A stretch of DNA of 64,000 nt from IMG/VR virus record IMGVR_UViG_3300009502_000040; one strand, given 5' to 3'. Below, in pieces: positions 9,028 through 18,481 of this stretch. The position numbers and the translations under genes are program-made. Every line of letters starts with the position of its first letter. The stretch's first letter is position 1. The notes under the pieces were generated by a model, which saw only the letters and a list, made by a program, of their open reading frames with translations, ran no database searches and was not told the origin of the DNA. Source of the stretch: an uncultured virus (IMG/VR IMGVR_UViG_3300009502_000040). Lineage: Duplodnaviria; Heunggongvirae; Uroviricota; Caudoviricetes.

Positions 9028-10905
9028 TTATTTTACATCTTCATATTCAATATCAGAAACGTCCCCAGACTCCGTTTTTAAATGGTCATCAGGTTGTTGT
9101 TGAGTCTGTGCCTGTGAGTATAATTTCGAGCTGATACGATTCCAAACCTCGTTCAATTCTTTGGAATATTTGTCCAGATCAATCAGATTCTGGGTCTTGT
9201 GAGACTCTTTCAACTTCAAAATCATAGAATTTAATTCGTTCTTATCGGTTTCAGTCAATTTATCACCAAGGTCCTTAATCTGTTTTTCGGTTTGGAAAAT
9301 CAATGAATCAGCCTGATTGAGTTTATCAATCTTTTCTTTTTCCTTTCGATCATTTTCGGCATTCTGCTCGGCTTCCGCTTTCATTCTCTCAATATCATCT
9401 TTTGAAAGTGATGTGGAACCTTCAATACAAATTTTGTTCTCTTTTCCTGTAGCCTTATCTTTAGCTTTAACACTAACAATCCCATCATTAGATACCGTGA
9501 AATCAACCTCAATTTGAGGTATTCCTCGTGGTGCAGGGGGCAAATTATCCAATGTAAATTCACCTATTTTTTTGTTATCCTTTGCCATTGGTCGATTCCC
9601 TTGAAGGACTACGATTTGTACTGATGGCTGGTTATCGGATGCTGTACTAAAAACCTGTGATTTTGAAATCGGTATTGTACTGTTACCCTCTATCATGATG
9701 GTTGACACCCCACCGTATGTCTCTATCGATAAATTTAATGGGGTTACATCGAGTAGGAGTATATCTTTATTTTCACCAGAAATAACAGACCCCTGAATAC
9801 ACGCCCCAGTCGAAATGGCATAATCTGGGTTAAGATTTCTATTAGCTTTTTTACCATCAAAGAATTCTTCAATCTTTTCTACAAGATACGGTACCCTTGT
9901 TGTTCCACCCACCAGAATTATTTGAGATAACTCAACTTTTTTCTTTTTTCCATCCGTAAGAGCCTTTTGGCAAAGCTCCAATGTTTCTTTAACATAAAAA
10001 TCGATAAGTTGATTCAATTTTGCACGGTTAATTTTTTTTACCAGATGTCTTGGAATACCATCAATAACCGTAATATATGGCAAATTTATTTCAGTTTCAA
10101 CAGTTGATGAAAGTTCAATCTTAGCTTTTTCAGCAGCTTCAACCAATCTCTGGAGTGCGAATGGGTCTTTACGTAGGTCAATATTGAACTCTTTTTGAAA
10201 TTCATCTGCGATCATATTGACAATTGCCTCATCAATCAAATTTCCACCTAAATCGAGTGACCCAGCCTGAGATATAGTCTCATATAATTCGTTAGATATA
10301 TCAATAATTGAAATGTCGGTTGTGCACCCACCTGAGTCAATGACCATATACAAATTACCATCTTTGCTCTTATCACTAATGTTTAATGCGCTTGCGGTAG
10401 GTTCTGAGATAATTCTTTCTACTTTAAACCCAGCAATTTCAGCAGCTTGGCGAGTACTTGCCCTCTGATCGCTATTAAAATATGCAGGGACCGTAACTAC
10501 ACAGCGGCTGACTTCTTCACCAAGATAGTCCTCAGCAGTTCTCTTAATTTTCTGTAAAATGATAGCTGAAATTTCTTCTGGTGAATATACTTTATCGCCA
10601 ATCTTAACAGCGGCTCTGCCATTATTATCAACAATCTGATAAGGTCTTTTCAGATGTTTAACTTCATCGTATGAACGACCAATCAATCTTTTAATATTGA
10701 ATATTGTATTCTTTGGGTTCAGTGCAGCTTGACGCTTTGCTGGTTCTCCAACTTTCATTTCATTTGTTTTTTCATCCCATGAAACAATGGATGGGGTGTT
10801 GCTTGAGCCTTCAGAATTTGGTATTACAGTTGGTTGCCCACCTTCCATAACAGATACAACGCTCATGTAACTTCCCAAGTCAATTCCAATAATTTTATTT
10901 CCCAT
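9028..10905 (-). CDS. dnaK: Hsp70 chaperone DnaK (divergent)
   Basis: GIDLG, TPS, KRLIG, TVPAYF, EPTA, LVGG, DVTPL, PPAPRGIPQIEV motifs across 625 aa. Confidence 0.95.
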   Translation of the reverse strand: MGNKIIGIDLGSYMSVVSVMEGGQPTVIPNSEGSSNTPSIVSWDEKTNEMKVGEPAKRQAALNPKNTIFNIKRLIGRSYDEVKHLKRPYQIVDNNGRAAVKIGDKVYSPEEISAIILQKIKRTAEDYLGEEVSRCVVTVPAYFNSDQRASTRQAAEIAGFKVERIISEPTASALNISDKSKDGNLYMVIDSGGCTTDISIIDISNELYETISQAGSLDLGGNLIDEAIVNMIADEFQKEFNIDLRKDPFALQRLVEAAEKAKIELSSTVETEINLPYITVIDGIPRHLVKKINRAKLNQLIDFYVKETLELCQKALTDGKKKKVELSQIILVGGTTRVPYLVEKIEEFFDGKKANRNLNPDYAISTGACIQGSVISGENKDILLLDVTPLNLSIETYGGVSTIMIEGNSTIPISKSQVFSTASDNQPSVQIVVLQGNRPMAKDNKKIGEFTLDNLPPAPRGIPQIEVDFTVSNDGIVSVKAKDKATGKENKICIEGSTSLSKDDIERMKAEAEQNAENDRKEKEKIDKLNQADSLIFQTEKQIKDLGDKLTETDKNELNSMILKLKESHKTQNLIDLDKYSKELNEVWNRISSKLYSQAQTQQQPDDHLKTESGDVSDIEYEDVK

Positions 10906-10957
10906 AATATTTAATTTTTGTTTGTTTGCTATTTATCAATTTTTATACCAAGGCACT

Positions 10958-11203
10958 TTATATGTCATTTTGTCCGTTTAGTTTAAAAAATTTAGTTAGT
11001 GAATCAATCATTTGCCTTGCATTCGCCATATCAAGAGGTGTGATTACCGAATCTATATCTAACGATCTAATTAATTCATCCAATTCTTCGATAAGACCAT
11101 CATCAGGGATAGCTAAATTTTCAAGTTGCATTAATTTTCGTTTTCTAAGTTCTTTTTTCCTAAAGAATTTAGCATGTTCAACCAATTTCTGGCGGTGATT
11201 CAT
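10958..11203 (-). CDS. Hypothetical protein (internal RKRKLMQL)
   Basis: ORF track. Confidence 0.65.
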   Translation of the reverse strand: MNHRQKLVEHAKFFRKKELRKRKLMQLENLAIPDDGLIEELDELIRSLDIDSVITPLDMANARQMIDSLTKFFKLNGQNDI

Positions 11204-11324
11204 CTTTTAATTTTTTTAATTTTTCGACCCTCTTTTTTCTTAATGCTTGCTTATCTAAAACATCTACTATTTGTTTCAGAACATCACTAATATCTTTAAG
11301 TGTTATTGGATTTTTAATTTCCAT
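11178..11324 (-). CDS. 48-aa protein with RxxKLxxL tag
   Basis: Manual translation MEIKNPITLKDISDVLKQIVDVLDKQALRKKRVEKLKKLKDESPPEIG. Confidence 0.7.
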   Translation of the reverse strand: MEIKNPITLKDISDVLKQIVDVLDKQALRKKRVEKLKKLKDESPPEIG

Positions 11325-11700
11325 TCAACTTACTTATTTTCATTTTACGAATTTCAGATTCAGTATAAAAATAATCATTGAAAAGTCTTTTACGAATTTT
11401 TGATGGAATTTCTTGATCACCAAGTTGCTTTAAAAAAACAACAGTCCCACTTCGATGTGAATTTGGATTTTCACATTCAATATTCCAATACCGCACTAAA
11501 ATTGTGCTGAAACCTTCAACCTCTTGATATTTAGAACCATGAACATTATCACAACCATATGCTTGCCCACATTTAAATGTTACAATTTCAATTCCATTAG
11601 AAAATTTGTGATGAAAATCTTTCTTACAAAGAGCCGTAAACTTAGATTCTAATTGTGTTTTTTGACCAAAATATCGTGATGATTGTGCAACTACTGGCAT
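11314..11700 (-). CDS. Hypothetical protein with RxxKIxxL tag
   Basis: ends YFYTESEIRKMKISKLNGN. Confidence 0.75.
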   Translation of the reverse strand: MPVVAQSSRYFGQKTQLESKFTALCKKDFHHKFSNGIEIVTFKCGQAYGCDNVHGSKYQEVEGFSTILVRYWNIECENPNSHRSGTVVFLKQLGDQEIPSKIRKRLFNDYFYTESEIRKMKISKLNGN

Positions 11701-12029
11701 GATTCATTTTCTTTTAATTTTTCCAATTTTTTGATTCGTTCTTCACGTTTTCTTTTCTTAACCAATATTGGAAGTAATTTGTTTACTCTATCTATGGTAG
11801 CATTTGTTTTCTTTATGGATCGTTCCAACGACCAATCCATTATTGGTAATGCTATTAACATCAGAATAATTAATATTGGAGCACCAACAAATAATAAAAT
11901 ATATGGAGCACCAATAACCCACCATGACCAATTTATGATACCAAATATATTTAAAAAAGATAATGGCATTGGTGCCATAAAAATTAAAAATCCTATCCAT
12001 TGAAATATTTTTAATATTTTTTTTGTCAT
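11691..12029 (-). CDS. Membrane protein with RxxKLxxL tag
   Basis: Hydrophobic N-terminal half; ends RIKKLEKLKENESCQ. Confidence 0.75.
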   Translation of the reverse strand: MTKKILKIFQWIGFLIFMAPMPLSFLNIFGIINWSWWVIGAPYILLFVGAPILIILMLIALPIMDWSLERSIKKTNATIDRVNKLLPILVKKRKREERIKKLEKLKENESCQ

Positions 12030-12038
12030 TTTGGCAGA

Positions 12039-12371
12039 TTAGGTTATAGTATTATTTATCTTATCAAGTTTTAATTTTCTCTGGTGAACATCTATAAAAT
12101 AATCGCCAAAATATTCATAAAAATCATTTTTTAGTATAGATGATTTAATTTTATTTTTTACAAATGAAAATCTCATTCCAGGAAGCACATCTATCAATTT
12201 TCGTTTACTACTATTATTATAATCAATCATATCTTCCGCATGGTAATACACATAAATAATGTCTTCGGTAACATCAAGTTTGGCTGCTCTTGTATATGTT
12301 TTACCAGCATGAAATGTTCCAAAAGAGCCTTCATATGTTTTTATACAAATATATTTAACGTTAAGTTCCAA
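12039..12371 (-). CDS. Hypothetical protein with RxxKLxxI tag
   Basis: YICIK...GKTY...YF..; ends RKLKLDKINNTIT. Confidence 0.75.
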   Translation of the reverse strand: MELNVKYICIKTYEGSFGTFHAGKTYTRAAKLDVTEDIIYVYYHAEDMIDYNNSSKRKLIDVLPGMRFSFVKNKIKSSILKNDFYEYFGDYFIDVHQRKLKLDKINNTIT

Positions 12372-12704
12372 GTTTTTTCAATTTTCTTTTTCTAAGTTCT
12401 GAATCCGAATAAAAAATATCATTATAGTCGGCCCAATCTCCTCTCCCCCTTTTTCTATCTTCTTCAACATACGGTTCTTGACCTATATCTTTAAATAAAA
12501 ATGCCCTCATAAAGTTGCCCCAAAACTTTTTTCAGAAGAGCTTACTGCTAAAGCTACCGCTGTTCTTTCATCATTCCAATAATCACAAAAAGTAATAATA
12601 TAACTTTTATCAACAGCAAAATCCAAAGACATTTCAGACATAATTCTACTTGAATAGTTCTTTTTACAAATTACTGTATCACCAACGTTAAACGGTAGTT
12701 TCAA
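12361..12704 (-). pseudogene. Frameshifted gene of the VICKK...ELRKRKL family
   Basis: 5' part 12507-12704 continues in the -1 frame after an A6 run (12527-12532) to ...FYSDSELRKRKLKKLGT* at 12361. Confidence 0.6.
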
Positions 12705-12735
12705 TTTTTTTAAGTTTTAATTTTCTAACTTCCTA

Positions 12736-13287
12736 TCATAAACCTTCAATCTTTTTTAACTTAAGCTGCCTGACAAGTGCTTTTGTATCATTTGGGTAAG
12801 CCTTAATTGAGGCTTCTTGAACAATATCTTTAAGTGGTGGCTTGTTAATTATTTTAACATTCTCAAAACATCCCATAAATTCAGTATAAATACTGGATAT
12901 TTTAGTATCTAAATATTTATAAAATATTCTTGGTGCAGGAAACCCAACAACAAAATTACCGATATCAGCAACTTTGTCATAACAAATTTTATAAATTAGA
13001 GTCATTTTAATCGTTTGACAACTATTTCCTTTATCTTCTTTATCAATAGAAAATCCCCACCCATATTCATTAATAAAGAATACTAATTTTCTACCGTCAT
13101 CATTTTTAGGCGGAGAATATACAGAAAATCCAGCACACACAAAAAATTCTCTAAGGTCTTTGAATGCAATATTCCATATTCTTTGTTCATCCGATTTGCA
13201 TTTTTTTTGAAATGCAATTTTATTTTTTTCTATGATCGAAAATTTTGTTGCGAAATCCCTTGGTGTATGAAATTTATATGCTGCCAT
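12736..13287 (-). CDS. Hypothetical protein with RxxKLxxI tag
   Basis: ends VRQLKLKKIEGL. Confidence 0.75.
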   Translation of the reverse strand: MAAYKFHTPRDFATKFSIIEKNKIAFQKKCKSDEQRIWNIAFKDLREFFVCAGFSVYSPPKNDDGRKLVFFINEYGWGFSIDKEDKGNSCQTIKMTLIYKICYDKVADIGNFVVGFPAPRIFYKYLDTKISSIYTEFMGCFENVKIINKPPLKDIVQEASIKAYPNDTKALVRQLKLKKIEGL

Positions 13288-13615
13288 TTATTTCTTGAAG
13301 TTTTTTTGTTCTTAACCACTTTTGATCTACCTTAAAATTAAAAATACAATTTATGTAATCCTGAGACAATTTCATAACATTATGAAAATGGTACTCATAA
13401 TTAAGCCCACGTTTTCCAACAATCGTTAAGAAACGACATTGCTCGTCAAAAGAAAATCCATCATGCTCACCATTTTCAAAAATAATAGCAACCCCACGCT
13501 TATTACTATGGGTAAAGTCATCATATGTATCATATACGACACCTATTGCGCCAGCATCATTACCTAAGCAAGATACCAATAATTTAACTTGAGTTCCAAC
13601 TATCATTTGATTCAT
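13274..13615 (-). CDS. Hypothetical protein with RxxKLxxI tag
   Basis: ends LRTKKLQEINGSI. Confidence 0.75.
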   Translation of the reverse strand: MNQMIVGTQVKLLVSCLGNDAGAIGVVYDTYDDFTHSNKRGVAIIFENGEHDGFSFDEQCRFLTIVGKRGLNYEYHFHNVMKLSQDYINCIFNFKVDQKWLRTKKLQEINGSI

Positions 13616-13672
13616 ACTTCAAAATTAATGAATATTTTTATAGGAAAAAATTTTTTTATTGAAATATTTCAC

Positions 13673-13680
13673 TATATTTG
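13673..13680 (+). promoter_or_regulatory. Bacteroidota-type sigma70 -7 element TAnnTTTG (representative of 9 copies)
   Basis: Also at 15960, 18200, 22000, 24713, 25496 (+) and 3728, 6043, 6653 (-), each just upstream of a gene start. Confidence 0.7.
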
Positions 13681-13695
13681 CACAAATTACACTTC

Positions 13696-14019
13696 ATGAA
13701 TGTAAAAATAAGTTATTCCGTTGAAAATAACATAAGATATCGGGAAATTTTTTTTGAAGAAAAACCGCCAAATGAAATTGAATTGGTCAAATTTCTAAAA
13801 GAATATGAATGGAATAAGCTCAGTGTTATTAAAAATGGAGTGCTGCGAGGGCCGTTCTACACCAGATTTGAAAAGGGGCACAATGATTTTGGACCATGTT
13901 TCAAAGAAAACAACACCGAAGTTTATATGATCAACGATGAAGAGCTGACCCATGATGACTTCATGAAGTATCAAAGAAAAGAAAAATTAAACAAAATCAC
14001 TAAAAATAAAAAGCCATGA
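13696..14019 (+). CDS. Hypothetical protein with RxxKLxxI tag
   Basis: Start moved to ATG 13696, downstream of the promoter motif; ends RKEKLNKITKNKKP. Confidence 0.75.
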   Translation: MNVKISYSVENNIRYREIFFEEKPPNEIELVKFLKEYEWNKLSVIKNGVLRGPFYTRFEKGHNDFGPCFKENNTEVYMINDEELTHDDFMKYQRKEKLNKITKNKKP

Positions 14020-14150
14020 AAGTAAAATTGACAAAATCCCAGATTTTTCTGACTCAAGTAATGTTGGAAGACAATATGAATGAAATGAAGAAAAATAAAC
14101 GTAAGATTTCAAAACGCATTTTGAAGAAACTGGAAAAAGCCTTAGCTTAA
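14016..14150 (+). CDS. 44-aa basic protein
   Basis: Manual translation MKVKLTKSQIF...KRILKKLEKALA*, ATGA overlap with upstream gene. Confidence 0.55.
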   Translation: MKVKLTKSQIFLTQVMLEDNMNEMKKNKRKISKRILKKLEKALA

Positions 14151-14723
14151 TCCGACATATGCTTGCAAATTGCATTTATTTAAAATATTCCATCCAGCAT
14201 TTCTATATTTTTCAACATAATATCCTTCCAATGTAGATGCACTTTCGACTGGAATATAATCTGAAATTTGAATCCTAATAGGATTTAGGTTTGTTAGCAT
14301 TATATGACTTGTAACTGAATCTGATATATCGTTATTCCTATTTTGCTCTCTTATTTTTAAATTGTATGTTATTCCAACATATACGTGATTATCAGGAAAT
14401 TCGTATGAATATACACATCGATATTTTAAATTACCGCAAATTTTCATATGTTGACAAATATCATCCAGCCAATTATTATTATATGCAGAATCATATGCAC
14501 TTGGAAAATTATTTAATGCAACATCCTTACATTTATCAAAGTCCCAATAATTATGAGGTTTATTAACTTCAGGCATATGTAAACAAAACTCATTTAGCCA
14601 TCCATTAATACGAGACAGCTTAAATGCCCGACTGAATTTTTTACAAAATTCTACCTTACTTTGACATAATAATGCAGCATCTTTACATCGTTCTTTATTC
14701 CAATACCCTCTTTTTTTCCTCAT
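14142..14723 (-). CDS. GIY-YIG endonuclease, paralogue of 8011-8997, probably degenerate
   Basis: CVYSYEF...VYVGIT..R...E..Y....GWNILN; second repeat internally shortened; no C-terminal repeat. Confidence 0.7.
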   Translation of the reverse strand: MRKKRGYWNKERCKDAALLCQSKVEFCKKFSRAFKLSRINGWLNEFCLHMPEVNKPHNYWDFDKCKDVALNNFPSAYDSAYNNNWLDDICQHMKICGNLKYRCVYSYEFPDNHVYVGITYNLKIREQNRNNDISDSVTSHIMLTNLNPIRIQISDYIPVESASTLEGYYVEKYRNAGWNILNKCNLQAYVGLS

Positions 14724-14726
14724 ATA

Positions 14727-15104
14727 TTAATCCTCATCAGATACCTCAATACTCGTATATCTTTTTTTTACAGCCTGTCTTATAGTATTTTTAAAGTTTT
14801 CAAGGGTTCCACTATACCACTTTGGTGGACTGGAAAATGCCCCCATTCTTGATAAAGCGTTCCTTGCATGACTGGGTGTCCCTATTGGAAAATGATCCTT
14901 ATCATCAGTTACACTCGAATGGCTCTTTGGAAAAACAAAACCTTTAACATCTGGGTCTTCTCGTTCATTTAATGTCTCAAGCTCTTCTTTTAAAACATCT
15001 TTAGCCACGCCAGTTCTCTTTGTTGGCTTATTTTCTTTGAATAAATCATTCTCTGTGAATGTTTTAAAGTCTACTAAATTATTTAATTTTTTATCAGTCG
15101 CCAT
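14727..15104 (-). CDS. Protein with shared N-terminal leader and HFPI...HARNALSR (DUF6582-like) domain
   Basis: Motif recognition; TAATATATAC upstream. Confidence 0.65.
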   Translation of the reverse strand: MATDKKLNNLVDFKTFTENDLFKENKPTKRTGVAKDVLKEELETLNEREDPDVKGFVFPKSHSSVTDDKDHFPIGTPSHARNALSRMGAFSSPPKWYSGTLENFKNTIRQAVKKRYTSIEVSDED

Positions 15105-15132
15105 TTTTATAAGGATTCTTTTTATGTATATA

Positions 15133-15363
15133 TTATTTTGCTTCGAACAATTTTAAGTTCTTCTTAATTGTTCCGCCAGTTAAACTAACTGTTTTATCTG
15201 TACCATCTTCAAAGAATATTACAATTGAAAAACTATTGAAGTTAAATCCAAAATCTTGGAAATCCAATAGTTCGTGGTGTGCGCTTATAATAACAACATT
15301 CTTATTATGATAAACACCTCTTCGACCAACATAATATTCACTAAATTGTGTATCCTTTTTCAT
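15133..15363 (-). CDS. Hypothetical protein
   Basis: ORF track. Confidence 0.65.
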   Translation of the reverse strand: MKKDTQFSEYYVGRRGVYHNKNVVIISAHHELLDFQDFGFNFNSFSIVIFFEDGTDKTVSLTGGTIKKNLKLFEAK

Positions 15364-15873
15364 TTATTTGGGTATAATTTTATTGGCGACATACATCATT
15401 GAATTGAATCGAGCCTTTTCAAACATTTCTACAGTTACAACTGAAACATCATTGAAATTAACAACCTCATTTAAATTATCCTGAAGGGCTTTCTTTGCGG
15501 CTTCATTTCTCACCACCTCATTCATTTGTTCCTGTTGACGATGCATCATTATTTCATTCAACTTATCTTCTTTTTGCTGTCTACGAACTTCATTCACATT
15601 TTCGAATGGTTCATCATTAAATCTTTTCTCAATAATAAATTCGTTTAGATTATCATTTTGTGAATATTGTGTACGAGAAACTTCATTCAAATTTATATTT
15701 GGATTGTTAAAATTTGAAAGTTTTCCATAATCTGGAGTTTCTCTGATCATTTCATTTTTATTGAAACTTTGAGTGTCGTTATTTCTAAGTTGCTCATAAT
15801 CATAATTTTTTACAGTTACATTTGTATCTCTGACCTGTTTAAATAGGTTTAAATAATCTTCATCTAATAACAT
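15364..15873 (-). CDS. Protein with repeated [LVM]NE motifs, candidate head core/internal protein
   Basis: LNE x4, VNE, MNE; ATATATA motif upstream. Confidence 0.55.
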   Translation of the reverse strand: MLLDEDYLNLFKQVRDTNVTVKNYDYEQLRNNDTQSFNKNEMIRETPDYGKLSNFNNPNINLNEVSRTQYSQNDNLNEFIIEKRFNDEPFENVNEVRRQQKEDKLNEIMMHRQQEQMNEVVRNEAAKKALQDNLNEVVNFNDVSVVTVEMFEKARFNSMMYVANKIIPK

Positions 15874-15992
15874 ATTAGTATCATTATTTTTTGTTATATA
15901 TTAATTTTCAGCCTGTTCATTATTTTTTGTATATATTTTTTTTATTCAACAATTATTTCTATTTTTGCCATCAACATTTAAATATTAAATAA

Positions 15993-17252
15993 ATGAGCAA
16001 AAAAACAGGTCAATTCACACCAACACAACTCAATCGTTTACCTAAGCAAGGTTATTGGTTAGACCTACGTTACCCAACACTTGGAAATCCATCTGCATAT
16101 TGTATTCTAAATGGTGAATGTAAATATATTCACGGTCTTTGGGGGAGTGATTCTGGATGGTACACACTTCTTTGGTCTTGTTCCCCAACTCATAAAGATT
16201 GTGCAGACCCTAAAATGGAATACTTTGCAGCTCATTCGGATATGATGATTGCACACCCAGAGCTCGCCAATTCAGTCTATTCAGTTAAAGCACCTAACGA
16301 CAAATAATATGAAAATAGCATTATACATTATAACATTCTTGGCAATGGCTTCAGTATTCGCAATGTGTGCTGGAACTTCCACTAAAAATGACCAACCAAA
16401 AACAATTCAATCTGATAACGGTCCTATTGGGCAAGAAGCCGCAGAAGCCATGGATCAAGCATTCTCGAATCTTGCTTATTATAAGGATGAAACTACTGGG
16501 GTGTGCTATGCTGCTATGTATCATCGGATAAATAGTGAATATAGCCAAATAGTAATGGTTGTTCTACCAAGTGATTATCAAATACAAACATTTAAGTATA
16601 AACGTTTCAAATCAAAAGTATGGAATTAAAAATAAAAAGTAAGTCACAACTTGAAATGCTCGGCACAAAAAGGCTTTTAGCCTACTATAAGGCTGAAAGA
16701 CAGCGTTTCATTTCATTCGAACAATACACAATGTGTACTTGCGGATGCGGGATGCACAATTGGGAATTACATTCAATGAAACACAAATTCTGGAATCAGT
16801 ATCAGGAAGAAAAAATCACATATAAAATGTGGAGTAAATATCTGAAGGACATTAAGGCTGTTCTTGGAACAAGGGAGCACGTCAAAAACACAGTAAAAAC
16901 TAAAAAATAATCCACCATGAAAACAAAGGAAAAGCTCACAGTCCCGCTTATGACCATTAATGACATCGATATAAATAAAATCCCATGTGATTCACCAATA
17001 CCAGAAATTCAAATAGGTACAATATTAGATTATTCTGGTAACTACATCAATGGATTTGAAAGAGGGGCATCAAAAGTGGCACTCATATACTGTGATGTCA
17101 TTAATGTAAATGGACTCCCATCAGATGATCAAGAAGGCGCAATTTGGGCTCAACTTGAAAATGAAAAATGCATATTACTTGGGCATAATTCACCTGATGG
17201 CAAAATTCCATATAAAGATATATTAAAATTAATTGCTAATTCTGAATACTGA
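15993..17252 (+). other. Operon of four small hypothetical genes (15993-16307, about 16309-16629 with N-terminal membrane anchor, 16620-16910, 16917-17252)
   Basis: Contiguous or overlapping ORFs behind TATTTTTG at 15960. Confidence 0.7.
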
Positions 17253-17255
17253 AAA

Positions 17256-17520
17256 ATGAAAAATTATAATGAATATCAAATAGATGCTATAGAAAATTAT
17301 AAAAATAGCATGGTTGGAAAAAATATCAATGACATTTGTTTTCAATACCATTATTCCACTTGACATTATTAAAAAATTACCACTGTCAATTTGGGATGAT
17401 ACTATATTAGATACACATCATGATAATGATATGAAAAAATATGAAGTTAAAACGTTAAAGAATTTTCTACTTGGTAAGCGAACACCAAAAGAAATTAAGG
17501 ATTATCTTTTATCGATCTAA
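17256..17520 (+). pseudogene. Frameshifted small gene
   Basis: MKNYNEYQ...CFQYH from ATG 17256 stops early; coding-like sequence continues in another frame (IPLDIIKKLP...) to 17520. Confidence 0.45.
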
Positions 17521-18129
17521 TTACTTATCCTTATTTAAGGCTCGTTCAATTGATTTGTTGATATCCTTATCAACTATTCTGGTTCCATCTAAAGCATTCT
17601 TTTGTGCGCCAGCGTTAATTTTCTTTGCTGTCAATTCTTCTTTCAAATCTTTGAAAAATTCCTTCATACTTTTTTGTAATTTATAAAGCATTTCAATACC
17701 TTCTTTCATTTCTTTTTGAAAAAATGATACAGCTTGAAATAATGCTGGCTCAGAACTACCACCATCAATCTGTTTCATAAGGTTGATCAGCCCACGTTTT
17801 GAGCAAGATATTGAAAATTTAAGATCACCAAGTGCCAGAGCATCATTCATAATTATATTATTGATGTTCTTATTCTTCATTATTTCCTCATCTAAATATA
17901 AATTAGCAAGGCACTCCAGTGTTTCTCTTGATTCGTGACGTATTGCTTCAATATCTTTTTCATAATCATGAATTTCAGCCTTCATATCCATTGTCACATC
18001 ACTATTTTGTGGAAAGAAATCTGATGGATCAAAATCAATCTCATCTGTGGTTAATTTTATTTCTTCGGTTAATTTTGAAATATTATCCTCATACAATTCC
18101 TTAAAATCCTTTTTAGTAGCTTCATCCAT
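17521..18129 (-). CDS. Hypothetical helical/coiled-coil protein
   Basis: ORF track; ATATATA motif upstream. Confidence 0.75.
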   Translation of the reverse strand: MDEATKKDFKELYEDNISKLTEEIKLTTDEIDFDPSDFFPQNSDVTMDMKAEIHDYEKDIEAIRHESRETLECLANLYLDEEIMKNKNINNIIMNDALALGDLKFSISCSKRGLINLMKQIDGGSSEPALFQAVSFFQKEMKEGIEMLYKLQKSMKEFFKDLKEELTAKKINAGAQKNALDGTRIVDKDINKSIERALNKDK

Positions 18130-18176
18130 AATAAAAAATATTTTTATCTATATATTAATAAATTGGTTCTTTCTAA

Positions 18177-18212
18177 TTTTTTTTCTCATAAATTGTTTGT
18201 ACATTTGTCGGG
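18177..18212 (+). repeat. About 35-bp dispersed promoter repeat (copies 24689-24725 +, 6041-6073 -)
   Basis: TTTTTTTTCTCATAaATTGTTTGTACATTTGTCGGG; the two plus-strand copies differ at about one position. Confidence 0.8.
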
Positions 18213-18229
18213 AAACTAAAAACTCAAAT

Positions 18230-18481
18230 ATGAAAATGTCAGACCTACCAGAAAAGTATTTAAATGGTGAAGAAAGAATCCCTCGTGATCTTATGCGTTC
18301 TATAATTGAAACTAAAAATAAAAATTCCACAGAACATTCCGCTGGTCTATCTTTGGATGAATTAAAAAGATTTGTATCCAAATCACATTTAGATCGAATT
18401 CTCAGCAATGGCTATCAAATAAACGCTATTCCCCCATGGAGTTTTTACCTAAGGTATAAATTGATTAATATCTCACTTTAA
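18230..18481 (+). CDS. Hypothetical protein (start MKMSDL)
   Basis: Start moved downstream of TACATTTG. Confidence 0.6.
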   Translation: MKMSDLPEKYLNGEERIPRDLMRSIIETKNKNSTEHSAGLSLDELKRFVSKSHLDRILSNGYQINAIPPWSFYLRYKLINISL

